Part shown: piece by piece, positions 11,202 through 25,400 of the stretch
Layout of the letters: each line of letters begins with the position of its first letter
Numbering within the stretch: position 1 is the first letter of the stretch
Assembly (NCBI GenBank): GCA_964016885.1
Contig: OZ024745.1
Coordinates: forward strand, 84,196,001-84,260,000
Reading direction: 5' to 3'
Source: Eledone cirrhosa
Lineage: Eukaryota
Length of the DNA: 64,000 bases
Translations under genes and position numbers: made by a program
The notes under the pieces: model-generated
What the model was told of the DNA's origin: nothing
Databases searched by the model: none
What the model saw: only the letters and a program-made list of their open reading frames with translations

Positions 11202-13785
11202 CCGATGTTTTGTTGGCATGTGGCAAGATCTAGGAATATGTTAAAGAGAGTATGTTAGAGAAGAAGTTCTTCTAATACTCTATTCATGAAAATTGCAAGT
11301 CATAAATCTATCGTTCTATACGACATAGGCTTGTCGATTTAAGAAGGCTTTATGCATTGGTGTTTAAGTAACTGGTGAATGTTTTGCATTTTTAGCGTGT
11401 AGGTGGCATCTTCTATGTTATTTGCGTTTTCCTTTCGGTACCTTGTTCAAATCAACATTAAATTCGACTTTACTTTCTCTTCTTCCGATATCATTACATG
11501 AGTAAATGATTGCATTGATACAACTTCGAGACCCATCTGTATCATTGATATCCTTTGCAAATTCATGAGCATTAAATGTTCTGAATTTCATTGTCACGCT
11601 GACTGTCGTTATAAATCAATATTATTCGAATGTGTCTTATTTGTATTGTTTACGACTCAACTTGCAGAGATGTCTTCTGTGTTACAATCATCTGGTAAAC
11701 AATACTGATTTTATTATATAACAAAAGCCCGTATAAAATTTCCTATCTAAATCCATGTTTGTCTTCAACATTCTAGTAAACATATGCAAGTATTAATCCA
11801 ATCCTATGATTGTACATATTGAATTTAAATAACTGATGAAGAAATCACCTGCGCCAGAAATAGCAACTTGAAATAAATTATTGAATTACAAACTATTCAT
11901 AGCCTATAATTATTGGAAACGGTAATTAAGAAAATTTCTGTTGTTTCGTAGAATTAATTGTCGGAAAGGACGCTGACTCATTGAAATATTTCTCTCTCAA
12001 GCTTCAATTAACTGAAATCTTAACGCTATTATTCCCGTTAATTGACCTGTGAAGGAAATGATTCAGTTATGTTTCTTCTCTGCATATATATTTCGAAACA
12101 TTATAATTTATTTAGCATGACAATACGGTTATTATCCCTTCATCTATGCAACTTCTCTTTCAGTTGCATACGATGTGACAGCTGAAATAAAATAAATAGA
12201 AAGAGGATATCAAAGAATATGATAATCACTCTAAACTAACTTAATTGATTCCCGATCAGAATTAACGGCCATATTTCAGTTTCAGAATGAGGCTATCTTA
12301 CTTCACTCACATTGCTATCACTCTTGGTTACTTAACATCCCAACTTCTCTCTATTTTTCCCTAAAGTGAATACTGCATCATATCAATTATCTCTGATCAC
12401 AAATATTCAGGCTTTGTCGTTTAACTATATTTCCGCTGTTTGAAATGATAATAATTTAACACTAATTTGGCATAGGCCAGAGTTAAGCGCAAGACAAGCT
12501 TACTTTCTAATCCCATTTGGAGAAATGTCCTCTCACGTTCTCTGCTTAATGCTCCCGAGAAAAATATGCTTGTGACATTTCATTTACCGTCACTAATTGG
12601 ACCGATCTAATACATTGATAATGTATCAAACTTGAAGGATTATGTATTCAATTCCAAATAATACTCTCTCTAGGCAGTTGTGTGAAGAAACTATAGAATA
12701 TATTTTCATTTAAATCATCAATAAATATGAACAGCTAACAATTAGAATTATCATAGTCCCTAGTCATCTCTATCTCTGTAATATAACTTATTTAACAATT
12801 TACAACCAAATCTAATTGATTTTATGTTATATTTGAAGCTGAAAGATACATTAACCCTGACTCACACCCCCTTTGTAAAGACCCAGCAACGCTGTGGCAT
12901 CAATCATCAGAATATTAAAGTATATCCGAGAGAAAGGAATATTTTCTCTAAAACTGAAGTATTTTCTTTAAAATCCCATAAAACACTTCAAACATATCTA
13001 AAACGTACTATATATTCTTCGCAGTATGGTGTCCTGGAATTGAAACATTCATCACATTTGTCTCTCTAACTTTCAACAACTGCTCTTTGTGTTATTATCT
13101 AAACATTCTTTCTTTATATCAGAAAAATGTTTTGTTTTTTGTTGTTGTTTTTTTCTAAATGAATACAAGTAACTGATTTCAAATTAACATTACTATAGGG
13201 TTAAGTTCCTTGGTGAACTACTTAGAAATTGCAAGGAAATCTTCAGATATATTGACATTGTTGTTCTCTTGTGTGAAGTATCATTAGGTTGGTCCTTACT
13301 CTCAAAGTATAAATCTTTTGTCTTTAACTATCATGGTGTTATTCATCGGTTTTATGTCCCGCATTAGACTATCACTCTTCTTAACCGACCCTTGCGAATT
13401 TCTTCGACAGATTATATATATCGAGTTCTTCTATCACTGTCTTAGAGATTGACAATAAAAAGCCATGTTTCACTTTTTAATGGAATAAAATAACTTTAAT
13501 TCAATTCACTTTTAAATACGTTCGTTGGACAAAGAAGAAAAAATGTATAAGTAGTTTATTTTATTGTTCTCCAGAACGAGTAAGTAAATTTACGATATAG
13601 CACATTTAAACCATAAAATCATTTGAAAAGAAACATTATTGTCTCGTCGGTAACATTGCTGTCGCTAAAACCATTCAACGGTGATGGATTTCCTTCTATC
13701 TTTCTTTCTTTTTGATTCAAGATAAATCTTAAAAGCCTCGCATAACATATACGTCGGTACACACGCATACACACACCCGCATGCA

Positions 13786-13841
<56 letters not shown>

Positions 13842-14036
13842 ATGACCCACACCTACACCTACATGATGGCTCCCCCTCGTTATCGAGTATGGCCATTGCA
13901 CGATATACTATTATTAATAATTATTAATTAATTCTATCGCGCAATGCCTGTGCGTGAAGATATTTTTTAAAGTGAGGAAAGACTGTGCACTGAGCCAATC
14001 TCACTCTCTGAGCGACAGTAACTATAACCCGAAAAG

Positions 14037-14488
14037 AAGAAAAGATCAACATCATCGGTAACTACTGAGCCGCAGGTGTTATATCGGAGTTATCCCAGTT
14101 TCCTGAGTTGCCTTCCCCTAGAAGAATGCCCTGACAAAGACTAGGGGGGCTTCACTCCCAGTGGTTTAATCGCGTGATCGGGTGACCAGCCCGACTATTT
14201 CTATGTCCACGAGCATATACATACACATGCACCCATGTATATACACATATACATATGCATACATATGTACATGTGTATATACATATTTACACAATTTTGG
14301 ATGGCCGTTGACCCTTATTAGTTCTTCCGCCATTTGTCAGGTTTTGTTTTTTGTCCTGTAGGGTGTCCAAAATCACCCTCCTCACCAAGTAAACTTGGTG
14401 GGGTTGCCGGTTTAGTCGCCAACGACTCGAGCATGCGACGGGTTGTACTGGGTTACATGTTACCAGTAGCACTCAAGAGTGACCCGAC
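14037..14488 (-). repeat. Dispersed repeat, copy 2 (with an internal microsatellite-containing insert ~14160-14293)
   Basis: Aligns with 10465-10773. Confidence 0.6.
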
Positions 14489-14720
14489 ATATATGCATAT
14501 GTATATGTGTGTATGTATCTGTATGAATGATTATAAAGTTTATGTATTAGGTTGGTTATTGATTTATGACTTTATGCGTGTTTAGTTGATGGTCTGTTAC
14601 CCAGTTTGATGTTTGTTTAATCAATTCTAATTTCTCACAGTTGATTGAATTAATGTAAAGATGTTATACAATAGACAGATAAAATTGATAAAACATGAAA
14701 GTATTACAAATGAGACAAAA

Positions 14721-14928
14721 GGGCGGTAGATTGGCAGTATCGGTAGAGCGCCGGGCAACATGCTCTGTCGCATATAGATACGGCCCTTTACGCTCTGATT
14801 CAAATCCCACCGAGGTTAGCTTTGCCTTTCATCCTTTCGGGATAGATAAAATAAAGTACCTGTAAAGCACTGCAGTCGTTTTAATCGACTTTCCCCTCAC
14901 CCCAAATTATTGGTGTTGTGCCTAAACC
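14721..14928 (+). mobile_element. Near full-length tRNA-derived SINE (Meta/MESC-like)
   Basis: A-box-like TGGCAGTATCGGTAGAGCG, B-box-like GATTCAAATCC, conserved central domain and 3' tail. Confidence 0.8.
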
Positions 14929-15254
14929 TTTATAAACACCCAATAATTAACACCAGATATATAAAAAAAATTAGTAGTGGCAGAACCAGAACGAATATAC
15001 ATTGTAATCCCTTCTCAGCAAAGTATTGCACCAGAAAAATAGAGAAACTACCAAAAGTACAAGGATCTTGAAATACTACTAGTAAACATTATTCCAGAAT
15101 AGTCTGTTACATGAATTTACAGCAACTATTTGAGTGTGTGTGTGTGTGGGTGGGGGTGGGGGTGGGGTCAGATATGTAGTAGCGTTCATTTAGTCGGAGG
15201 AATTTTTTGTAATTATATATATATATATGTATGTATATGTGTATATATATATGT

Positions 15255-15756
15255 ACCGTGTGGCAGCAGATACTGACCAGAACTTGTGATGACGTGGAGT
15301 AAAAACAGCCAATGGCATGACAAGAGTGGAAAGAGGGTTTTTTGAGGGTGTTGTTTTGATGATAACACGCCAGTGATAAAATTTGCTCCGGACATAACAC
15401 CGGTGTCTGAAAGAACACGCAAAAGTAGAATCAGCCAGATCCATACAAGGACCATGACTCGAGCTACATGCCGGCAAAACATTTGTAACGCGAAATAAAC
15501 AAAGTCCAGATGCATCACTGATTTTTCGTTTTCTTTATAATATCTACACTCTACTCTGATGAATATCGAGTGCTAATTTTGGCATACCGCCTACGGAAGC
15601 ACCATAGCTACCACTATACACAAATATATACTACGCTCCTCCACAAGTAGAGCGCTTACAGCGATTCGCCATGGAAAAATTCAACTACTCTTCTTCCATG
15701 AAAGACATACCGATCCCGTCAGATAACACGTACATGAGCCTGCTGTTATACCACAC
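15255..15756 (+). repeat. 5' pseudo-LTR of family C PLE
   Basis: Direct repeat of 28697-29195 with scattered substitutions. Confidence 0.92.
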
Positions 15757-18532
15757 CAACTCGTTCATCAGACGAATGAGGTGGCGCGCATTTCACCACG
15801 ACAGGCGGACACAACAACAAGCGCCAGACGCCCCTCAGGACCGCCTAAAGCGGATTTTTAGATCGAGAAGACACTCACCACACAATGCACAACTGGGGGA
15901 ATTTGAAAACCGTATTGTCAACATAGTTCGTAACATATCTCAAAAATCTCGGATCCACCATCAAAAGCATGGAAAAATGCAAGGATTTACTAGTGCCCTC
16001 GGACAAGACCGGTAAGGTATACATGCTTGACCGTTTTACATATAATGAATGTCTCGGGAAGAAGATTAGGAAAGACTATAGGACCACTGGACAGACAAAT
16101 TTAGATAGTATTAACGCCACGGCAAAAAGTATACTGACGGGGCTAGGACTAGAGGATAGGACCGAGGTATATGTACCTAGAAGACCACGTATATCTATTA
16201 AGGACCACAAATTAGACTTTAAAACTAAACTACCAGGTTAGGTTAATAGCACCCTCCAAATCCGACCTAGGAAAGACCAGTAAGAATATTATAGATAGGA
16301 TAATACCGGTACTTAGAAACAAAACTAAGCTTAGCCTATTGACCTCCACTAAGGAGGTAATTGACTGGTTCTCAGCAATAGATGACAAACACCAAGTAAA
16401 TTTTATCCAGTTAGACATAGATAGCTATTACGCGACGGTATCTCCGATACTAGTTAATAAGGCCCTAATAAGCGCCATGGTCAGATCTAGCCTCACTAGG
16501 GACGAGACCAACCTCATAGTAGCAGCCAGAAATACGCTAATTAGTTTCAAAGACAAGTTATGGGAGAGGAGGGACAGACCCGACAGTTTCGATATCACCA
16601 TGGGGTCAAGTGTCTCGGCACAGGTGACCGACCTGGTGGGGATATATCTCACCCATAGGCTGACGGAGGAGATCCCGGGGATCGGAGGTGGAATATACAG
16701 AGACGACGCACTTTTCACCTTCCGTTCCCATAACCCCAGTCAGATGGAGCGCATGTGGAAGCGCATATCGCATTTCTTTAAACAATACGGCTTTTCCGTG
16801 ACAATTGACACTAGCACTAAGACGGTCAATTTCCTGGACGTTACCTTGGAAATGAATACGGGCATCCACAGACCGTACCATAAGCCCAACGAAAACCTGC
16901 AATATGTGAACAGGAAATCGAATCACCCTAAGTCAGTCATAGAAGCCATAGTTAAGGGGGTGTCAAAACGCGTATCCACCCTGTCGTCGAACGCAGAAGT
17001 GTTTAAACAGCACGCCGAATATTATAATGAGGCACGGCGCAGGGCCGGTTACAAAGACACCATAGTATATACCCCAGATAGAGTAGAGCCTAACGATATG
17101 GCGTGCAGAAATGCAAATAGTGAGGGCGCCTCCCTAGGTAGAAGAATTGACCCGGTAGCAGTAGCCAGGAACACAAATAACAACACTACTAACTTTAATG
17201 ACACAGGACCGACCCGAGATAGGACTAAGGCACCCATGGGAGCCAGACCACCCGGTGTGCGGAGGCATAGGCATGGCACGCACACTGCATACTCGGTGGA
17301 AACTGGCACCTTGGACAGAACTTCGACAAATAAAAATGGGGCACATACCACGGAGCACGAACAGCCTAGTTCTAGTGCCACAGCACTGACAATAGCATCA
17401 CATAGACCTAAGGCGAATATGACTACATAGAACGACGTAAATTTACAACTGTAGAACATAACCACGACGAACGTAGCAAGCAAATACACAGGGACAACAC
17501 ACGAGACGAAATTGAGGTGGAGCAGAGCCCTGGACCGACACCGAGCCCTAGACACAAAAACATGAATCCACGCACACGAAGGAACAGATCTAAGGCTGTT
17601 ACCTGGTTCAATGCGCCTTACTCTAACATGTACCCACCAACGTGCCAGGACTTTTCTTCCGAGCGCTGGATGAGTGCTTCCCGACGACAAATAAGTACCA
17701 CAAAATATTCAACCGCCACACGGTGAAATTTTCCTTCTCCACGGTGCCGAATATGGCCGACTACATGGCTAGAACTAACGCTGTGAAGATGTCGTACACT
17801 GGCCGTCAACCGCGCCGACAGAGTCACCATGTTTCGGAGCGCGGAGAACCACCTAGGGACCTGCCTTCAAATGATAACCCGGCCCCCGAGGCGACCAGAG
17901 CGCCCGCCGAGGGCGATATGGTCTAACACCGAGAGGGAAATATTGGCATGGGGGGGGGGACAAATGTTGCGGCGGTGCAGCACACTGAGAACCCTGAGAG
18001 GGCCATTACAGATCGGGGCCCGGACATCGGTCGCACAAGAAATGACAGCAGAACTTGCAACTGTAGAGCGGGCACCCAGTGCCCCCTACAGGGAAAATGC
18101 TTAATGAAGGACCTAGTATACAAGTGTGTGGTTACGACCCAGAATGCGCATCGCACCTACATAGGCGCAACATCCACGACCTTTAAATCGCGGATGTATA
18201 ATCACACGAATTCCTTCAGGGACCGTAGCAAAAGGCACTCCACTAAGTTAGCGGACCTCGTGTGGGACATGAAAGACCACGGCACTCCATACGCCCTGGA
18301 ATGAAGTATCGTTCGCCACGCGCGTGCATATTCGGCCGGAAGTAGAAAGTGCCGACTGTGCCTACACGAGGCCATGGAGATAGTCAGACTGAAGGATGAC
18401 GCCGTCAACCTGAAGTCTGAAATTATCATGACATGCAGACACCAGAGAAGATGCACTTTTGCAGCATGGAATCCGCCGGGTGACGCAGCCAGGGGGCACG
18501 AGAATGAGCACGTACAGACCCGATTGGCCTAA
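15671..18532 (+). pseudogene. PLE polyprotein: reverse transcriptase plus GIY-YIG endonuclease (several frameshifts and stops)
   Basis: SMKDIPIP..RRMRWRA; SDKTGKVY; FIQLDIDSYY; FDITMGS; GGIYRDDAL; VNFLDVTL; WFNAPYS; CNCRAGTQCPLQGKC; LVYKC..YIGATSTTFKSRMYNH; CRLCLHE..TCRH. Confidence 0.93.
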
Positions 18533-19817
18533 CGGGATTAGGAGACCTGACGACATACCATGATGACGAAGTCCGACCCGCGGGGCAATCATATGTAGAC
18601 CGGGTGCGCACGTGACCGGGCACGCAACATTGGAAGATGCACCGCATCGGCCGGGACGGGCTGAGACGGGGTCCACTGCCGCCCGGACCTGTGCACTAAA
18701 CGTTTAGAACAGCACACCCCAGACACGGTGCCATGCCCCATGGCGACTGTGGTGGGCGTCACATTGAATGTGTACACCGTCAATCATGACTATATACTCT
18801 ACACCTGCTCCATTTTGGAAAAGTGATTGTTAATGTTATTATATCATTGTTTTGTTACTGTTACCTGTTGTATACAGGGACACGAGCTTGCATCTAATAA
18901 TGCCTGTGTAATACGTCACATCGACGCACGCACCTTCTCATATACCTCCGCCCCGTTTTTTTTTTTCGTTTTTTTCTTTTTACTTTTTTATTTTACCCGT
19001 TCCTTTATTTTACCCCTTCTTTCCCTGTACCTTTATGCAGTTACATACAGATTTAATGTACCCTAAAATATTGTAAATCTATTTACGTATTTTATTTTAT
19101 TATCATATTGTGTTTATGTTCACGAGTTTTTTTATGTGTGGACACATGTGTGTGGGTATATGTGCGTGTGTGTGTGTGTGTAGATGCGTATGTATCTGTA
19201 TATATATATGTGGGTGGTGTTGGGGTGTGTGTATGGGCATGGGTGCGTGGGTGCACGAGCTTATGCGCGCCTGTATATGCAGACATGTGCATATATATAC
19301 ATATGTGGCGGAATGTGGGTGTATGTGTGTGTATGGGGGTGTATACGTGTGTCTATATATGAGCATATATATGTATAATATATATATATATCTATGTCTA
19401 TATGTGTATGAGTGAGTAAGTACGTATAGCCACATATGAGTAGGTGTGTGTGTGTGTGCAGGCGGGTAAGTGTGCGTATATATTTGTGGATGTGTTTGGG
19501 TGTATATATGCGGATGTGTGTGTGGGTGCAGGTGCATGTATTTACGGGCCTCTATATGTGCGTATATGTATTTGTGCATATATGTATGTGTTTATGTGCA
19601 TCTCTTGGGAATGTGTGAGGATGTTTATATATGGACTATATATGTTTTTTTCATTATTATTATTATTCATGTATTATTTTATCACATATCCTCTATACAT
19701 ACCCGTATATATGCGTATATGTACGTATGAGTCTGTGTACGAGTGCGTCTGTGTATGTGTGTGTGTGTATATACGTAGGTGCGTATATATATGTGTGTGT
19801 ATATATGTATAATAGGA

Positions 19818-19871
<54 letters not shown>

Positions 19872-20230
19872 ATGTATATATATATACCACATTGTATATT
19901 ATATTTCATTGTATATTTTTCTTATGTTATACAGTTTTATGTTATTATACTGTTTTATGTTATTATACTGTTTTTATTGCATAATGTATTTTCAACTGTT
20001 CACTTACAGGTGTGTTTATATATGTACATGTATATGTGCTGGCACTTCTGTGTGTGTAGGCAGAGGTGCATGCGTGCAGGTGTATCCATGGGGCAGCATG
20101 TATGCGCACGCATGTGTAGATGTATGTATATCGGCCTATGCGTAGGTATTTGTATGTATATGTGTGGATGTGCGTATGCATGTTAAGTTGTCCTTTTTTT
20201 CTTTTGTGTGCATGTATGTATATATATATA

Positions 20231-20811
20231 CTAGCAAATGACCCCCGTCCATTGGACGGTGTCAGTTCTTAGTAGGGCTGCAATGTTAATGGTCAATTTC
20301 CGTGTTGTATGTTTAACTTGGAGGATAATTTTACCTGATCCACTCTTTCAATAAAAAAAAATGAGACGGTATTCAAAAAGAGCAAGTTTTATTTACAGAT
20401 GTGTCATTAAAATGTGAACATAGAGAAATGTATCGTTAGCCGTGTCGGTTATGGAAATTACACACACACACACACACATTTACGCACACATACACACACA
20501 AACACATACACACACATATACACACGCACATACACATACAATCCCATAACGTCGTGTTGTGGAAGGGGGAGAGTTAAGAAGTGTGTAAAAGGAACGCTCT
20601 CTCTCTCTTTATGGCCGTCATGGAATTTGTTAGTGCAAAAGTCTATAAGATTATAAAATCGAAGTTTGTGACTTCAAAATTAATCATTATGAAATAATTT
20701 TTTCTTGATGTTACAAACCGTAGCCTATTTTGGCTGTGTTTAATTTGACAGAGATCGATGGAATATTTTCCAAGTGAAACTCTTACACAGAACGGGAATT
20801 ATGTATATAGA
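20231..20811 (-). mobile_element. Non-autonomous mini-Helitron (deletion derivative), head-to-tail with the long copy
   Basis: The minus strand begins TCTATATACATAATT and ends CCGTCC-AAT-GGACGG hairpin..TTTGCTAG; both halves match the termini of the long element. Confidence 0.9.
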
Positions 20812-21077
20812 CTATCAAATGACCCCCGTCCATTGGACGGTGTCAGTTCTTGGTAGGGCTGCAATGTTAATGGTCAATTTCCGTGTTGTATGTTTAACTT
20901 GGAGGATAATTTTACCTGATCAACTCTTTCAATAAAAAAAAATGAGACGGTTTTCAAAAAGAGCAAGTTTTATTTACAGATATGTGTCATTAAAATGTGA
21001 ACATAGAGAAATGTATCGTTAGCCGTGTCGGTTGAACAATGTGTAATTTTTTTTTTATTAATAACCGAAAGACAAAC

Positions 21078-22425
21078 AGTAAATGAGACTGGATGTCAAA
21101 CCATTTTGGATTGCATGTAAAGGTGATAAAAAGATCAGGACGGCCACAATGGTGGACATAGGTCAGAGCATCCTGCATTTTTCATGCATGTAACGGGTGC
21201 CTCCAGTGTATGATGATGGGAGAATGACAGAAAGCCCAACATCCGAAGCATTAGCATGATCATTTCGGTTTACTTCGTCACGTAGATTGCCGTATTCTTC
21301 TGAACGCAGTTCCTTTTGATGATGTCTTATCCATTGGAGGCGTTCAGTGTCAATCTTAGCAAATATGTCTACACAGTATTGATTGAGGAGCATCCGTGTT
21401 CTATGCAGAATGTTGACGTCGTTTTTGCGAAACATAAAATTCCATTTGTGAAATGGTTTTCCCTGGTGTAAGATGCATTAAACTTACAGGATTACACTTT
21501 TGCAAATCAATGCGGTAGCCATCGTCGCTAAAGGGGAACAGCAATGGATACTGGAGAGCATCATATGCGGGATGAAGTTCATTTATTTTTTGAAGATGCG
21601 AGTCCTGCCATTCAATAACAATATCACGGTTTGAAGCGCTCTGATTAGGACGTGTTATAATCACCGCAACTTCATCGGTTTGGGGTCTACTAAAGCAACC
21701 CTGATGATGCCCTGGTGGAGCGCGGTCATTTCGAATGACAACCTTGTATTGATTGTTGTTAGCATCTCTACGTTGTAAAGCAGTTTTGAAAATGGTGATG
21801 TACGGGTTTATGGAATGAAGCATATATTGAAGGGGCTGCAGAAGAGAAGGTGTCGTTCCTTTAGCAACTGAAGCCCTTCGTGCAATTTCTTCAGGTCCGT
21901 TGCCCATAAAGTAGATCTGGAGAAAACTGTGTTCTTTGCCATCTTGTGGAATAAGTGATCCTATGTGATAGTAAATTTGGCTTTGCACTTTAAATGTGGG
22001 CATATAATTCCCATCTTTTTATTGTTGTATGACCAAAGCTTGTCATTTGGAAAACCGAATTGTAGGCTCTTATATTTCTGAAAAAGTGTTTAGAATCAGG
22101 GTGGTCTCAAAGCAGCAGAGAATTCAAAGGTTCGGCACCGACTTGTAAATAAGGCAATGTAACCGTTCCATTGGAGCAACATATACCGGTAGATTCAGCT
22201 GGCCACCTCATTGCATTACAATGGACGCAAACAGTTGACATACTACCAATGATGATATGTGGATGGGATGCGTTGTCCTCTTGAAAATCTTTCTTAGACC
22301 AGTAACAGGAAGAATCCCTCGGAAAGACATAAGTACGCATTTTCCGTTGAGAATCAGCCGCAAGCCTTGTTGCCCTTTGGTCAACAGTCTCTAAAGCACG
22401 GCTATTGGAAGTAGAAACAGCATTG
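21078..22425 (-). pseudogene. Internal duplication of the Helitron Rep N-terminal region
   Basis: Highly similar to 25366-26728 (MRTYVFP..CVHC..CC..MPTFKV..PDLFITFTCNPKW) with independent indels. Confidence 0.93.
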
Positions 22426-22431
22426 GATAAA

Positions 22432-25400
22432 CTATTGGAGGGCTGCCTTGTAAACCACATTTTTTGTAAATCTTCCGGGAGCGTAGTAAAAGAAACTTGC
22501 TTAGTTTCCAACTCTTGAACATCCCACGTACAGTTGTCCCTGTGAAAAACATAGGGTACTGAGGTCCAGCCAATCACTTTTAGTGATTGCCCCTGGGCTT
22601 TGTTAATGGTGATTGCAAAACTTAACTGAATGGGGAATTGAACTCTTTTCATCGGAAAGACACAGTCAGTTGGAATAAGTGGAACTCGGGAAATAAAAAC
22701 AGAGTCACCAGCGCCTTTTCCAGTAATGATTGTAGCCTCGAGAACGTCATCCAACATTTGCGTTATAACCAAGCGTGTGCCATTGCAACGCCGAGGAGGT
22801 TCCAAATTTCTTAAGAGTATGATGGGACATCCAAGTATTAGGCAGAGTTTATGCGGTGGCATTCCCGATGGTTCTTGTGAGTTTAAAAACTCTGTTGGGT
22901 AAAACGTTACTTGCGTTGGATCCGTAATCGAATCAATCGAAGCATAACATCGCTCTTGGGAAGGAAGTTGATAAAGCAGACATGTGTTAATAGCTTGGAC
23001 GGTGGCATTCGTAGGGGCTAAGATAGCCCTTTCACACATCCATTGATGACTGACGTAATTTGTTGAGAGGTCGGGGTAAACTTTTGTGCAAAGGTCCCCA
23101 GGGCTGGATACATAGATGCCGATGGTACTTATGTCAACGAAACCGTTTACGTCGATTAGTAAGTTCCCATTACCAACATCCAATAACTTTGAAGCAAAAT
23201 AATTGTTACCGTCTTGTTGGTGGAGAATCGATCGCATGTTGATGGTTAACATTCTCGACTGGACGAAGCGCCAAAAATGAGAATGTTTAATGCAAGCGTC
23301 TATTTCATCACCTGGTGGACCTTTTGGGATGATGGGAAGAGTTTGACGAAAGTCCCCAGCAAGAAGCAGAACGACGCCACCGAAAGGTTTAGAGTTGGAG
23401 CGCAGGTCTTGTAGCGTTGCATTGATTGCATGAAGTGCATTCTTATGGGACATTGTCGCCTCATCCCAGACAATCATTTTGCATTTTCGAAAGACAGCAG
23501 CCTCATCAGAATTCTTCTTTATATTAGTGGTCGGATTTTCAACATGACCAATGTTAAGGGGAAGCTTAAATGTTGAATGGACTGTTCTGCCGCCGTCTAG
23601 CAGTGTTGCTGCTATTCATGAAGATGCCATTGCAATGGCAATCTGTCCATGTTGGCGAACTTTGGCAAGAAGGAGGTTTAGTAGAAATGTCTTTCCTGTG
23701 CCACCTGGCGCATCAAGGAAGAGGATGCCACCGTTTATGTCTTCAAGCATGGTCAAAACAAAAGTATAGACATCAGCTTGTTCAGAATTCAAAAGTGTTT
23801 CTCTTTTTTGAATCTAGGACAGAAGCCTGGCAGCATTGTAGCATGTCTCCCTTAGTACGTGGCGGTTACAAACAGCCTCATTTTCTCTTTTAGGGGATTC
23901 CATATAGTAGTTCTTCAAGGGATGGCCGGTCATTTCCAAAAGTATATCTTCTAGAAATATGAGACCGCAATTGTACATTTCATGTGTAAACTGTAAATTC
24001 ATGTCTGTGGACGCAAAGCGAGATTGCATTAGGATGTCCAAGCACATGCTGTCACGATATTTATCCCAGAAAGACTGTGGATTCCCAAGACTGCAGTATA
24101 CCAGCATAACGGCGAAAAGCTTACGAAGAGCAATTGGTGACTGCAACATTGATGCTTTATGGAGGGCGTGGTCATAGTGGTCATCGTTGTCGAGAAGACC
24201 TAATTTGGAGCAGGCCTCTTTAAATGTTGACCAAATATGGCCATTGACGGTACGGAGGTCTTCAAAGGAAGTCGGACCTTTGATAACGTGCAATAAAAGA
24301 CGAAGGTGAAAACATTCTGAATTGAGCGAGTGAACTGTGTACACTCTTGAGAGGGCATCAGACTCACGCTTCAAAGCATCCCTTTGTGAAATGCGTCCTC
24401 GCTTTCTTCTTTGCCAACAGTGGGAAGATTTATTCCACGTGTAGAATGTAGGCAACTCCGCATAAAGAAGTGTTCTGGCAAAAGAGTCTGAAGTACAAAT
24501 TTCAAAGAACCCGGTAAGGGTCGTTCTTCGAGGTTGTCTTGGAAAGTCAAGCATATTTTCTTGGTTAAAATACACCCGTTGACCATTCTCCAAATGAACG
24601 CTGAGATGAATAACTGCAGGTTCACGTTCATGGATCGGAAAACCGAATATGCGCCAAAATCCCTCGTTAGAAGAGATGTAGCGTCCAGTTTGAAAACACG
24701 TGACTTCATCTGTGGCAGCATCAGGGTTATCGCTTTTAGCCAACTCAATAACTGCTCGATCAGCTCCCTTATGGACATACTTGCAGATGTATTGGATTGC
24801 TTTGACGGAGTTGCAGAATTCAACGTTAATATGGGCTGAAAACATTTTACATAGCACCTTGTTATGTGGTACAACCCATCGGTTGTCAATAGTGAAATCT
24901 TGACCACCAAGCATTGTTATATTTGCCATATGTCCACCCTCCTGCGGTGCTTGGCGACGGTATGAAGGGTAGCCATCATCACCAGTTTTGGTTTCATTGA
25001 TGAGTTTACGTGGGTAACGCTTTGTACATCTCTTATTGTCCATACATGCAGATTTTGGATTTAGGTGGCCACACGGGCCATGTATCATGTTGGCTTTTAT
25101 GATTTGAAATAGCAAAGGGTCTTCTTGGGGATTTGGCAATTCAGCACTGATAATGGAATCAACATCAGTTGACATGAGTTTCTTTTGAAGCCAAAGGAGA
25201 ATATGGGCATGTGGGAGTCCTCTCTTCTGCCATTCTACTGTGTACATGAAGCACCTTACTGGTCCAAAAAGTTGTCCGTATTTTAAAACATCCATCATTT
25301 TTATAAGCTTCATGTGAAACACTCTGGATGTGATATCATGCCTGTGTGGAGGATTTTGGCCATGAAGTAAATGAGACTGGATGTCAAACCATTTTGGATT

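Noticed and set aside
11200-13600. Repeat-poor AT-rich stretches (also 35800-37100 and 51100-57300) as host exons
   Set aside because: No convincing ORF, codon bias or recognisable domain; a small exon cannot be excluded without RNA-seq.
14985-15075. Short stretch resembling an R4-type REL motif (EK..KYKDLE)
   Set aside because: Under 30 codons with a frameshift; not enough to support a feature.
15556-15600. CTGATGAATATCGAG in the family C pseudo-LTR as a minimal hammerhead
   Set aside because: GAAA is absent (CGAGTG) in both copies and there is no matching stem I.
18302-18304. In-frame TGA in the PLE endonuclease as a possible selenocysteine (as in some Naiad PLEs)
   Set aside because: It aligns with a conserved Trp (LKWEV, FHWEI, PKWDK in sister families), so it is a TGG>TGA nonsense mutation. 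The domain order is C-terminal EN, not Naiad.
17049-18783. Antisense ORFs over the GC-rich PLE and Helitron coding regions
   Set aside because: Shadow ORFs expected from higher GC content; no recognisable motifs.
22107-23477. 456-aa ORF as a host PIF1 helicase gene or a novel helicase-Zn-finger fusion
   Set aside because: It lies inside Helitron termini with no introns. The apparent fusion comes from a frameshift near 22565 reading into the duplicated Rep segment.
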